A stretch of DNA of 64,000 nucleotides, taken from NCBI GenBank assembly GCA_029858505.1, contig JAOUEW010000004.1, positions 2,520 through 66,519 of the forward strand. Reading direction: 5' to 3'. Position 1 is the stretch's first letter, and every line of letters begins with the position of its first letter. Made by a program: the position numbers and the translations under genes. The DNA comes from Deltaproteobacteria bacterium (GTDB lineage Bacteria; SAR324; JACQKK01). Positions 49,613 to 59,105 of this stretch are shown piece after piece. The notes beneath the pieces were generated by a model. It saw only the letters and a program-made list of their open reading frames with translations, was not told the origin of the DNA and searched no databases.

Positions 49613-50458
49613 ATGCCTGCACACGGCCAGACCGGACCCACGCCACCGGGTGAACCCGACGACCCCGCCGGGCAGATTTCTCACCTGCCGGTGGACCGCG
49701 TTTTGCCGAACCCCCTGCAGCCCCGCCGCCGGTTTGAAGAAGAAAAAATTGCCCAACTGGCGGTGTCCATCGGCCAGCAGGGCATGATTCAACCGGTGGT
49801 GGTGCGGCCCCACCCGGCCCACCCAGGTTCCTTTGAAATTGTGGCGGGGGAACGCCGTTGGCGGGCGGCCAAGCACCTGGGCCGGGCCACGGTGCCAGTG
49901 CTGGTGCGGCAGATTGACGATATCGACCTGTTGGAAACCGCCCTGGTGGAAAACCTGCAGCGGGAGGCCCTGACCCCCGTGGAGGAAGCCCAGGCCTATC
50001 GGGACCTGCTGGAACTCCACGGTTACACCCAAGAAACCCTGGCCAAGCGCGTGGGGCGCGACCGCTCCACCATTGCCAACATGGTGCGGCTGCTGGCCCT
50101 GCCAGCACCCGTGCGGGATTTGTTAGAGGCCGGGCGGTTGACCACTGGCCACGCCAGGGCCCTGCTGGCCCTCCCCGATAGTGAGCGCATGACCCTGCTG
50201 GCCCAAGAGGTGGTGGCCAAGGACTTGTCTGTGCGCGACACCGAGAAGCGGGTGAAGCAGGAATTGGACGGCCCCGCCCCGGCCAGTTCCACCCCTGACA
50301 AGCCCGTGCATCACCATTACCAGACCGTGATGAACGACATGGCCCGCCACCTGGGCACCCGGGTGTTCATTGATCAAAAAAATCACCAGGGCAAAATCGA
50401 GATCGAGTTCTATTCTTTGGACGACTTCAACCGGCTGTATGATTTGTTGATGGATTGA
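49613..50458 (+). CDS. parB: Chromosome partitioning protein ParB/Spo0J
   Basis: 281 aa; ParB box 'IQPVVVR', HTH region, 'GERRWRAA' ParB N-terminal signature. Confidence 0.88.
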   Translation: MPAHGQTGPTPPGEPDDPAGQISHLPVDRVLPNPLQPRRRFEEEKIAQLAVSIGQQGMIQPVVVRPHPAHPGSFEIVAGERRWRAAKHLGRATVPVLVRQIDDIDLLETALVENLQREALTPVEEAQAYRDLLELHGYTQETLAKRVGRDRSTIANMVRLLALPAPVRDLLEAGRLTTGHARALLALPDSERMTLLAQEVVAKDLSVRDTEKRVKQELDGPAPASSTPDKPVHHHYQTVMNDMARHLGTRVFIDQKNHQGKIEIEFYSLDDFNRLYDLLMD

Positions 50459-50800
50459 TGCTCAGGGGGGGGCTGTTCAAATGCTTGTCGTTCGAAGCCA
50501 TCGGTGATTCCCTCCCTCCAACCACACCTCTCCCCTGCCCTGCGGGCATCCCCTCCCCAGTCAGGGAGGGGAAAGACTTGAATCCACCGGTTTCTATTTT
50601 CATCCGTTCTGAAAACATAGACTGGACGGAAGCAAGCGCATCACTCATCGGATTCGAGCCATTCCCCCCTCCCTGATTGGGGAGGGGGGCAGGGGGGAGA
50701 GGTTCTGTTGGGACAACGCTCGATGCCAACGGTTATTCATCCGTTCGGTTCATAAAAACTAGACGGAAGCAATCCATTCACCGGCTTCGAGGAACGGGTG
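50459..50800. repeat. Composite copy of intergenic repeat family (two ggacggaagcaa units)
   Basis: 'cgttcgaagccatcggtgattcc', 'cccctgccctgcgggcatcccctccccagtcagggagggg', 'cttgaatccaccggtttctattttcatccgttctg...ggacggaagcaagcgcatcactcatcggattcgagcc', 'cccccctccctgattggggaggggggcagggggg', 'ccgttcggttcataaaaactagacggaagcaatcc'. Confidence 0.75.
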
Positions 50801-50882
50801 TTGTTGCGTGAAGCCCCTTGGGATACAGTATTTCTAGCCAGCATTCCGGCATTCCCCCACCCCCTTTACCATTGCCGCGCCC

Positions 50883-53498
50883 ATGGGCTTATCTTTAGAC
50901 CGATACACCAACCGGGCCCAGGCGGCCATTTTGGCCGGGCAAGAACTGGCCGAGAAGCGGCGGCATTCCAAGATTGACCCGGAACATTTGCTGCTGGCCC
51001 TGCTGGACGACAAAAAGGACCTGGCCTCGGTGTTGTTGGACAAGGCCGGCACCGACGCCGACAACTTGGCCCGCCAGTTGGAACAGGCCCTGGACCGCAT
51101 GCCCCGCACGGCCCCCAGCGGGGCCACCCCCTATGTGTCGAAAAAATTGCAGTTGGTGTTGCAGCGGGCCGACCGCGACGCCGCCGCCATGGGCGATCAA
51201 TTTACCAGCACCGAGCACCTGCTGATGGGCTTGGCGGCGGAGCGGGGGTCGGAGGCGTTTGACGCCTTGGCGGCCAGGGGGGTGACCCGGGGCACCATAC
51301 AAGAACTGCTGCCGGGGCTGCGGGGCAGCGAGCCCATCAAAGACAAGGCCGCCGGAGAAAACATTGGGGTGCTGGAAAAATATTGCCAAGACCTGGTGGC
51401 CCAGGCCCGCCAGGGCAGCCTGGACCCGGTCATTGGCCGCGACGAAGAAGTGCGCCGGGTGATTCAGGTGTTGTCTCGCCGCCGCAAGAACAACCCGGTG
51501 CTCATCGGCGAGCCGGGGGTGGGCAAAACGGCCATCATCGAGGGGCTGGCCCAGCGCATTGTGTCTGGCGACGTGCCCATGACCCTGAAAGACAAGCGGG
51601 TGTTAAGCATGGACCTGGGCGCGTTGATTGCTGGGGCCAAGTACCGGGGAGATTTTGAAGACCGCCTGAAGGCCTTGATCCGGGCGGTGGAGGAGTCGGA
51701 CGGCGACATTATTTTGTTCATCGACGAGCTGCACACCCTGGTGGGGGCGGGGGGCAGCGAAGGGGCCATCGACGCCTCGAACATGCTGAAGCCCGCCTTG
51801 GCCCGGGGTACCCTGCGCTGCGTGGGGGCCACCACCCTGAAGGAATACAAAAAGTATATTGAAAAAGACCCGGCCCTGGAACGGCGCTTTCAGCAGGTGC
51901 TGGTGAAGCAGCCCGATGTTCCCCTCACCATCGCCATTTTGCGGGGGCTGAAAGAACGCTACGAGGTTCACCACGGCATTCGCATCAAAGACTCCGCCAT
52001 CGTGGCGGCGGCCAATCTGTCGGACCGTTACTTGCCAGACCGCTTCTTGCCCGACAAGGCCATTGACCTGATTGACGAGGCCAGCGCCATGCTGTGCATC
52101 GAGATTGACAGCCTGCCCACCGAGATTGACCAGATTGACCGGAAGATCATGCAGATGGACATTGAATCTGCCGCCCTGCGAAACGACGACGACCCGGCGG
52201 CGGCCAAACGGCTGGCCGGGCTGGAAAAAGAGCTGACGCGGTTGAAGCAAGAAACCGCGGTACGCAAAGAAGCCTGGAAGAAAGAGCGGGCGTCCATTCA
52301 AAAAGCGCGGGAGCTGAAGGAAGAAATTGAACACACCCGGCTGAAAGAACAAGAGGCCCAACGGGCTGGAGACCTGGAACTGGCCGCCCGGTTGAAATAC
52401 GGCGTGCTGGACGACCTGAACCGCCAGCTGGAAGCGGCCAACCGCCAACTGGACCAATCGGGGAAGGGGCGGATTCTGCGGGAGGCGGTGGATGAAGAAG
52501 ACATCGCCGGGGTGATTTCCCGCTGGACGGGCATTCCGGTGGCCCGCATGCTGGAAGGCGAACGCACCAAACTGGTACGCATGGAAAAAGCCCTGGGCCG
52601 CCGGGTGGTGGGGCAGGATGAAGCCTTGGTGGCGGTGTCTTCGGCCATTCGCCGTTCACGGGCGGGGATTCAAGACCCCAACCGGCCCATTGGGTCGTTC
52701 ATCTTCGCCGGGTCCACCGGGGTGGGCAAAACCGAACTGGCCAGGGCCCTGGCGGAATTTTTGTTCGACGACGAACGGGCCATCATCCGCATGGATATGT
52801 CGGAGTACATGGAGAAGCATTCGGTGGCCCGCATCATCGGGGCGCCCCCGGGCTACGTGGGCTTTGAAGAGGGAGGCAACCTCACCGAACAGGTGCGCCG
52901 CCGCCCCTACGCGGTGATTTTGGCCGATGAAATTGAGAAGGCCCACCCCGACGTGTTTAACCTGTTCCTGCAAATTTTAGACGAAGGCCACCTGACCGAC
53001 AGCCAGGGCCGCACCGTGAACTTCAAAAGCACGGTCATCATACTCACCACCAACCTGGGGCAAGAATCTTCGCCCGACGGCCAGCCCCTGCCCCACGAAG
53101 AACAGGTGAAGCGCACCCGCCAACGCCTGAGGGAACACTTTCGCCCAGAATTTTTGAACCGGGTGGATGAAACCGTGGTGTTCCGCCCCCTGGGGGCCGA
53201 TCAGATTCGCCAGATTGTGCGGCTGCAAATGGAGTTGCTGCACAAGCGCTTGGCCGACCACCACATTGAACTGGTGATGCGCCCGGAGGCGGAGGAACAT
53301 CTCTCCCGGTTGGGGTACGACCCGGTGTTTGGGGCCCGACCTCTCAAGCGGGTTATTCAGCACGAAATTCAGGACCTGCTGGCCTACAAAATGTTGGATG
53401 GCACCCTGCACGAGGGCGACCGGGTGGAAGTACGCTTGGGCAAAGACCGCCTGACCTTCCACCGCATGGCCGGGACCGAAGGCCAAGCGGCGGTTTGA
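50883..53498 (+). CDS. clpB: ATP-dependent chaperone ClpB
   Basis: 871 aa; two AAA+ modules ([18 protein letters not shown]), long coiled-coil middle domain. Confidence 0.97.
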   Translation: MGLSLDRYTNRAQAAILAGQELAEKRRHSKIDPEHLLLALLDDKKDLASVLLDKAGTDADNLARQLEQALDRMPRTAPSGATPYVSKKLQLVLQRADRDAAAMGDQFTSTEHLLMGLAAERGSEAFDALAARGVTRGTIQELLPGLRGSEPIKDKAAGENIGVLEKYCQDLVAQARQGSLDPVIGRDEEVRRVIQVLSRRRKNNPVLIGEPGVGKTAIIEGLAQRIVSGDVPMTLKDKRVLSMDLGALIAGAKYRGDFEDRLKALIRAVEESDGDIILFIDELHTLVGAGGSEGAIDASNMLKPALARGTLRCVGATTLKEYKKYIEKDPALERRFQQVLVKQPDVPLTIAILRGLKERYEVHHGIRIKDSAIVAAANLSDRYLPDRFLPDKAIDLIDEASAMLCIEIDSLPTEIDQIDRKIMQMDIESAALRNDDDPAAAKRLAGLEKELTRLKQETAVRKEAWKKERASIQKARELKEEIEHTRLKEQEAQRAGDLELAARLKYGVLDDLNRQLEAANRQLDQSGKGRILREAVDEEDIAGVISRWTGIPVARMLEGERTKLVRMEKALGRRVVGQDEALVAVSSAIRRSRAGIQDPNRPIGSFIFAGSTGVGKTELARALAEFLFDDERAIIRMDMSEYMEKHSVARIIGAPPGYVGFEEGGNLTEQVRRRPYAVILADEIEKAHPDVFNLFLQILDEGHLTDSQGRTVNFKSTVIILTTNLGQESSPDGQPLPHEEQVKRTRQRLREHFRPEFLNRVDETVVFRPLGADQIRQIVRLQMELLHKRLADHHIELVMRPEAEEHLSRLGYDPVFGARPLKRVIQHEIQDLLAYKMLDGTLHEGDRVEVRLGKDRLTFHRMAGTEGQAAV

Positions 53499-53855
53499 TC
53501 ACCCCTCCAACATCACCCCCGCTTTCCGCAACACGGCCACATACCCCCAATACACCCCCGCCATCAATACGGAATCCACCGCCAGGGCGGGCCAAAAACC
53601 CAGCCCCCACCGCACCAGCCAGGGAAACAAGGCCAAAAAGAACAGGGTGGGCATCACCATCCACACCACTTGGCCAGACAGCCGGGCGGAGGTGTCTAAA
53701 TTGCCGGTGTCTAGGTGAATCCACACCATGGACAACACCGTGGTGAGGGGGAGGGACACCACCAGGGCGGCGACCCAGGTATTTTTTCGAGACATTTCAC
53801 TCACCAAGGCGATCACCAGGGCGGAGGCAAATATTTTTAATAAAAACAATAGCAT
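53499..53855 (-). CDS. Small polytopic membrane protein (DUF3147-like)
   Basis: 118 aa, 4 TM helices; stop abuts the clpB stop (convergent). Confidence 0.55.
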   Translation of the reverse strand: MLLFLLKIFASALVIALVSEMSRKNTWVAALVVSLPLTTVLSMVWIHLDTGNLDTSARLSGQVVWMVMPTLFFLALFPWLVRWGLGFWPALAVDSVLMAGVYWGYVAVLRKAGVMLEG

Positions 53856-54006
53856 GGTCTTCCGATGGATTGGGGGGCAGGGGGCAAATAGGGGCCGTTT
53901 CGGTTGACTTTTCTCAGGGTGAGGGTCTTTCTAATTTATATAGGCCCGGTTTTTGAAAGTCTATGTCCGGGGGAGGTATCGTGGTTTCCTGTTCACCGAA
54001 TTTTCC

Positions 54007-55398
54007 ATGCCGGGTATGGCCGAATCATCTCAAGATAGCTCGAAAAAAGGGGGGTCCTCTTCTGGTCAGGGGGATGGGGGCCGGGGTTTGCCCGCCGACT
54101 TTGCCTCCCGCATCGCCACCAAAATCATTGTGACCCAAGAGCGGGAGCGGGACCCGGAAGCGGCCGCCCTGAAGGTGTCGTCGCTGATTACCCGCAACCT
54201 GAACGTGGAGGGCCGCCATTCTCAGTTTCTGGAGGCCACCCGCATTATGCTGGAGGATGAAGACACCCAGCGATACGCCGCGGTGTCTTGGGCTTCTTTG
54301 CACTTGGCCAAAGACCAAAACCCCGCTGGAGAAACGTTTTTAGGGTTTGTGCTCGATGCCGCGATTATTGAGCACATGAACCTGGAAAAACCGCTGTATG
54401 AAATGGAAATGCGGCGGAAGAAATTCTCCCATTACGCCTGGATGATGGGAGAAGTGTTTATCAACATTACCCGGATGTCGAACGAATTGTTCGACGTGGT
54501 GAGCCATATGTTCTCTCTGATCATCCGCAAAGAGATGATTATGGAACAAAAGATGAAGGAAGAGCGCTCCACCACCCGCCGGTTGATTGTGGGCAGCCAA
54601 AAAGAAAAAGAAACCGCCAGCAAGAAATTGTTCGATGACTTGGTGGACTACATCCACACCCGGGGCGAATTTAAGTCGGACTCGTTGAACCAGCAGAACC
54701 CCAACGAATTTATTGCCGTGCTGGCGGACCGCCTGCGGGGGACCCGCCGCTATGTCATCCAAGACATCGTCAACAAGCAGGCGATGGACCGGAAAAAGCA
54801 GGCGGAAAAAGAACTTTCAGAAAAGCAGGCCAGCGCCGAGGAAATCATTCGGGCCAAAGACCCCTTCAAGAAAGCGCTGCGGCTGTTTTGGACGGAGAAG
54901 CGCTACAACTTTAAGTACCTGTCGGTGGAAAAGGTGCGGGTCACCCTGCAAATGATCGCCGTGGTGGTGGGCATCGGCCACTTTCTGATCGGGTACATTG
55001 GGCTGTTGGATATTCACTGGGGAGAAGGCATAGTGGTGGGGATGGGCATGTATTTGTTCGCCCGGTTTGCCATCAGCCGGAAAAGTTTTTTGCGGTTCTA
55101 CCCGGAAGACGTTTCCAAGGAATTGGAAACCGTGGTGGGCCACATTACCCCCACCTTGCGAAAAATGACCAAAACCCAGTTGTCGCCCTTTTTGGTAAAT
55201 CAGGTGAAAGACGGCGAGAACACCAAGCTGCTGCTGGTGGTGCCAGAATTTGTGAAGTATTTGTTCGCGGTGATGCCCGAACGGCGGAACATGATTGTGA
55301 CCTATGAGCAGCTGCATGAAATCATGGAAACCCTGGAAATGGAAGTCTCTCGCCAGGCCAGGGATTTGAGTTACTTCCACCGTCCCCCGCCCGCCTAA
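54007..55398 (+). CDS. Hypothetical protein, lower-GC, with two central TM helices
   Basis: ORF track start TTG 53953; first ATG 54007 (MPGMAESS). Body GC ~55% vs ~66% background; Lys/Glu-rich helical regions flanking 'VTLQMIAVVVGIGHFLIGYIGLL' and 'IVVGMGMYLFARFAI'. Confidence 0.6.
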   Translation: MPGMAESSQDSSKKGGSSSGQGDGGRGLPADFASRIATKIIVTQERERDPEAAALKVSSLITRNLNVEGRHSQFLEATRIMLEDEDTQRYAAVSWASLHLAKDQNPAGETFLGFVLDAAIIEHMNLEKPLYEMEMRRKKFSHYAWMMGEVFINITRMSNELFDVVSHMFSLIIRKEMIMEQKMKEERSTTRRLIVGSQKEKETASKKLFDDLVDYIHTRGEFKSDSLNQQNPNEFIAVLADRLRGTRRYVIQDIVNKQAMDRKKQAEKELSEKQASAEEIIRAKDPFKKALRLFWTEKRYNFKYLSVEKVRVTLQMIAVVVGIGHFLIGYIGLLDIHWGEGIVVGMGMYLFARFAISRKSFLRFYPEDVSKELETVVGHITPTLRKMTKTQLSPFLVNQVKDGENTKLLLVVPEFVKYLFAVMPERRNMIVTYEQLHEIMETLEMEVSRQARDLSYFHRPPPA

Positions 55399-55399
55399 A

Positions 55400-55860
55400 A
55401 GTTCTTGGGTTCAGGCCAAACGATTTTCCTCCCCCCTTTTCCTCCCCCCTCTGCGTCCCCATCCCGTTACTCGAATCCACCGGATATTCTCTTCAACCAT
55501 TCGGAAAACAAAGATTGGACGGAAGCAGGCAATGCCCAAACGCCATTGAACGCCCCCTCTCTTCGGGAGAGGGGGCGGGGGGTGAGGTCTCATCAAGCGA
55601 AGAATGGACCTCACCCCGCCCGCTGGCGCGGGCTGCCCCTCTCCCGATGGAGAGGGACAATACTCGAATCCATCGGTTCTTCTATCCAACCGTTCGGAAA
55701 GCATACACTGATCGGCAGCAAGCGCATGACATTTCGGATGCGAGTTGTTCCCCTCCACGAAGGGGAGGGGATGCCCCCATCAGGGGGCAGGGGAGGGGTG
55801 TTGTTGGGATGCCCGCAGGGCAGGGATGATTGGGGGAGAGAAACAACACGGCAGTGCGGC
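55400..55860. repeat. Largest composite copy of intergenic repeat family (>=3 nested units plus hairpin spacers)
   Basis: Units starting 'actcgaatccaccgg' (55463) and 'actcgaatccatcgg' (55661), each with '...ccRttcgg...ggacggaagca / cggcagcaagcgcat...'; hairpins 'ccccctctcttcgggagaggggg', 'cccctctcccgatggagaggg', 'cccctccacgaaggggaggggatgcccccatcagggggcaggggagggg', 'gggatgcccgcagggcaggg'. Confidence 0.75.
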
Positions 55861-55921
55861 TGGTGCTTGAACAACACACGATTCTCCGAGTTTACGATCT
55901 GGCTTTCCCGTCGTGTTCCAC

Positions 55922-56680
55922 TTAACGGAATTGCGAAGTGTTGACGGTAAGCACCTGGCCGTTGGAGCGCTTCAACGTAAACGTTTTCTCGTCTTTCCAG
56001 GCAATGGGGGCGGTGGGCAGGCCGTTGTACACGGGGGAGGGCAAATGCCGCACCCGCCCTTCGTTGAACAGGGAAAGGTGAAGTTTTAAGGGGAACCGCT
56101 GGTCGGTGCCGGTGGGGGCCCCAGGTTCGTCTTTGCCCACGTGGAAAAAGACCACGCCTTCGGCTCCGGCGGTCACGCCATCGGCGGTTTTGGCATAGGG
56201 CAGCAGGTCCACCAACGCTGGCGTGTTCACCCGGCGGTAAACTTTTTTCACCACCACGCCGTCCATGGTGGCCGTCAGGGTGTAATAGCCGGGGGCCACA
56301 ATGGTGATCACGGGGGCGCTGTCTCCCGGTGCCATGTGGGCGCCGACCTCCCATTTGTCTTGATCGTTGCGGGCCAGGTACACGAACCGCCCCTCCACCG
56401 GCAGGGCCGTCACGGCCACGATGGTTTTTCCCGGCAGGGCCAGCAGCAGCTGGTTCCCCAGGTACACCCCGTTGCCCGGCCGGTTTTCAGGAAACACCTG
56501 ATAGGTCTCCATGGCCACAATGCCCCGGTGCTGGGGGTCGGCGGGATATTCTTCCGCGCTCCACAGGGGGCTGGCCCAAACCAGCGCTGCGGCGAACAAC
56601 ATTCCCGCGGCTTTGAACCGGCGGTGAGCAGCCAAGGAACCAACAGGGGAGCCAACAGGGGAAAAAAACTTGGGCGCCAT
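55922..56680 (-). CDS. Secreted hypothetical protein
   Basis: 252 aa; signal peptide (AAGMLFAAALVWASPLWSA); beta-rich mature region. Confidence 0.55.
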   Translation of the reverse strand: MAPKFFSPVGSPVGSLAAHRRFKAAGMLFAAALVWASPLWSAEEYPADPQHRGIVAMETYQVFPENRPGNGVYLGNQLLLALPGKTIVAVTALPVEGRFVYLARNDQDKWEVGAHMAPGDSAPVITIVAPGYYTLTATMDGVVVKKVYRRVNTPALVDLLPYAKTADGVTAGAEGVVFFHVGKDEPGAPTGTDQRFPLKLHLSLFNEGRVRHLPSPVYNGLPTAPIAWKDEKTFTLKRSNGQVLTVNTSQFR

Positions 56681-56742
56681 GATGGGGAATCTCAGTGGAA
56701 GGGTGTGTTGCCTGCCCGTTGCTTGCCGTGGGGGAATCTTAT

Positions 56743-57663
56743 CTATTTTTTTGGCAAAGGTGAAGCCGGGGTTTTGGTGGAGGGGGAGGCCCCCGGGGAA
56801 ATCACCCGGGCGGAGTGAACCACCAGTTCCAGGTTTCCCCGATAGGGGGTGATGAAGCCGTCTACCGCCAGCCGAGAACCCACGGGCCAGTGCCCCCAGG
56901 GCCCGGTAACCCGTGGACCGGGGCGAATGAACCCAGCCAATTCACGGCCCTCCCCCAGGGAAAAGATGAGCAACTGGTTTCCTTTGCCCCCCAGGGGCCG
57001 TTGTTTTTTGAGCACGGCTTCCAGCATCACGAACTTTCCTTCCCACCGGGCCGGGTCGAAACCCTCCCCTGGGAAGGTGCCCCCCCACAGGGGGTTGCCG
57101 GGGGCGGCGGGGGTGCGCCCTTCTCGGGCCAGCCTGTCCAAATATTTCCGACGGGAGGGGTCGTCGGCCCATATGCCCTTGCGCGATTCAAAAGCTGCGG
57201 CTTCCAGCCGCACCCACTCGGGATAATCCGCCGGGTCGGGCAGCCCAAAGCGGGTGTCTAGGGGGGAATGGCCCTGAGCAATGATCTCTTGGTTGATCCA
57301 CACCCCATCGGCCCACACCTGGGCCAGGGTGCGGCCATGGCGGTCGGCCTGGGGCAGGGCCAAGCGCAAAGACTTTCCAGAAAGGGCTTGGCGCAGGAAG
57401 GCCTGGGCGGGCAGGCCGTGGGCCAGGTCTAGGCCCTTGGGGTTGTCGTGGAGTTCGGGGGTGTCTACCCCCAACAGGCGAATGCGTTCCTGGGGGGGAG
57501 TGATCCGGCCGTCGGCGTTCAGGTCGGCTTCGAAGGTGTCTCCGTCCAGCACCCGCCCCAGGGCCGTGGGCGGCAAAAGCAGGGGGCTGGGCGGGCTGGC
57601 CAGGGGCACGCCCGCCAGGCTGACGAATGCCAATAGAGCAACGGACCGGGCGGTTATACCCAC
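56743..57663 (-). CDS. Secreted staphylococcal-nuclease-like (thermonuclease) protein with C-terminal OB-fold domain
   Basis: 306 aa, GTG start 57661-57663 overlapping the SEDS gene stop by 10 nt; signal peptide; SNase motifs 'RVLDGDTFEA...RIRLLGVDTPE'; C-terminal 'GFITPYRGNLELVVHSARVI' OB-fold-like. Confidence 0.65.
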   Translation of the reverse strand: MGITARSVALLAFVSLAGVPLASPPSPLLLPPTALGRVLDGDTFEADLNADGRITPPQERIRLLGVDTPELHDNPKGLDLAHGLPAQAFLRQALSGKSLRLALPQADRHGRTLAQVWADGVWINQEIIAQGHSPLDTRFGLPDPADYPEWVRLEAAAFESRKGIWADDPSRRKYLDRLAREGRTPAAPGNPLWGGTFPGEGFDPARWEGKFVMLEAVLKKQRPLGGKGNQLLIFSLGEGRELAGFIRPGPRVTGPWGHWPVGSRLAVDGFITPYRGNLELVVHSARVISPGASPSTKTPASPLPKK

Positions 57664-58976
57664 AGAAATCGCCGCATGCGGATGTTTAGAATTAACCCCA
57701 TGCCGGCCAGCATGGTGACCATGGAAGACCCCCCGTAACTAAAGAACGGCAGGGGAACCCCCACCACCGGCAGCAGGCCTGTCACCATGCCAACATTCAC
57801 CACCATTTGCATGGAGATGATGGACACCACCCCCATCACCACAAAGGCCGAGTAGCGGTCGCGGGTTTGGGTGATGGTGGATAGGGACCGCTGGATGACA
57901 TAGAAAAACAACGCCAACAGCACCAGTACGCCCAAAAATCCAGATTCCTCGGCGTAAATGGCAAACAGGAAGTCGGTATGCCGGGCGGGAAGAAAGTTTA
58001 ACTGACCCTGGGTAGAGTTGCCGTACCCCTTGCCGGTAAACCCACCGCTGCCAATGGCCACCTTGGATTGAATCACGTGGTAGCCCGCCCCCAGAGGGTC
58101 CTTGTTGGGGTCTAAAAAGGTGAGAATCCGTTTTTGCTGATAGGGCCGGAGCACGAAGGAAATGAACGGTACAAAGGCACGCTCGGAAATCATTTTGACT
58201 TCGGGGTGGCTTTCCAGGTCGGCTTCTTCCCCGTACAGGTCTTCCAACAGGGAATTTTTAAACAGGTATTTTTTCCCCTCCAGGGCATTCAGGGAGTCGA
58301 TCACGGTTTTATCGGCCCCTTGGGTTTTGGCGTAGCGGGCCAGTTTGTGGTCTACCCGGTAGTAACCCAACTCAAAAGACAGAAACAAAATAAACAACCC
58401 CACCGCCCCAAATAGGGCCAGGTAGCCGATCAGCCGGGGATTCAGGCCAGCCATGACCATCATGGGAAAGAAGATCATCAGCAACAGCAAGGCCGTGCCC
58501 AGGTCGGGCTGGTCCACGATCAGAAAAAACGGAACCAAGGCCATGGCCAAGGGAATGATGGCCCGCCGCAGCCCCAGGTTGCCCACCCGGCGGCTGTCTC
58601 TAAAATAGAAAGCGATGGACAATACCAGGGTAAACTTGGCGAATTCGGAGGGTTGAAACGCCATGCCTCCCACCTTCAGCCAGCGGCTGACTCCGCCCTC
58701 GCCCTGGGGCATGGCCAGCAGCAGTACCAGCACCCCCACCACCCCGCCATGAAGCAGGTAGGAGAAGCGGTTCCACAGGTTGAAATCCACCATCACCAAA
58801 ACCAGGGCGACCACCAGACCCACGCCAATCCAAGACAATTGGCGGGCCCAAAAGTCAGACTCCCCTGGGTAGCCTTTCGAGGCCGAAAAAATGGCGGCCA
58901 CCCCGATCAAGCAAATGGCCAGCACGGCCCCCAGCAGGCGCCAGTCGAAGTTTTGTAATAAACGGCGGTCGAACAT
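57654..58976 (-). CDS. rodA: SEDS-family peptidoglycan glycosyltransferase (RodA/FtsW) with ~75-aa loop insertion
   Basis: ORF track gives 803 aa; real start MFDRRLLQNFDWRLL (ATG 58974-58976), 441 aa; 10 TM; an insertion (YRVDHKLARYAKTQGADKTVIDSLNALEGKKYLFKNSLLEDLYGEEADLESHPEVKMI) lies in the large extracytoplasmic loop. No PBP2/FtsI neighbour, so RodA vs FtsW is not resolved. Confidence 0.8.
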   Translation of the reverse strand: MFDRRLLQNFDWRLLGAVLAICLIGVAAIFSASKGYPGESDFWARQLSWIGVGLVVALVLVMVDFNLWNRFSYLLHGGVVGVLVLLLAMPQGEGGVSRWLKVGGMAFQPSEFAKFTLVLSIAFYFRDSRRVGNLGLRRAIIPLAMALVPFFLIVDQPDLGTALLLLMIFFPMMVMAGLNPRLIGYLALFGAVGLFILFLSFELGYYRVDHKLARYAKTQGADKTVIDSLNALEGKKYLFKNSLLEDLYGEEADLESHPEVKMISERAFVPFISFVLRPYQQKRILTFLDPNKDPLGAGYHVIQSKVAIGSGGFTGKGYGNSTQGQLNFLPARHTDFLFAIYAEESGFLGVLVLLALFFYVIQRSLSTITQTRDRYSAFVVMGVVSIISMQMVVNVGMVTGLLPVVGVPLPFFSYGGSSMVTMLAGMGLILNIRMRRFLWV

Positions 58977-59105
58977 GGGGGTATCCTGACGGGGTGGTTG
59001 TGTGAAGATCTTAGGATATAATAGGCTGAAAGGAGAAAAAAGAGCCTCCTCTACCCTTACTCTAGTCGTTATCTTGTGTCTGGCCTTCTCTTTCCGGGTG
59101 TATTC

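Noticed and set aside
51603-52457. 284-aa minus ORF inside clpB (and others at 50895..51389, 52147..52659, 52977..53486)
   Set aside because: Antisense of clpB.
55400-55860. CRISPR array
   Set aside because: The repeats are not regularly spaced, are imperfect, occur in both orientations and have no unique spacers; no cas genes are present.
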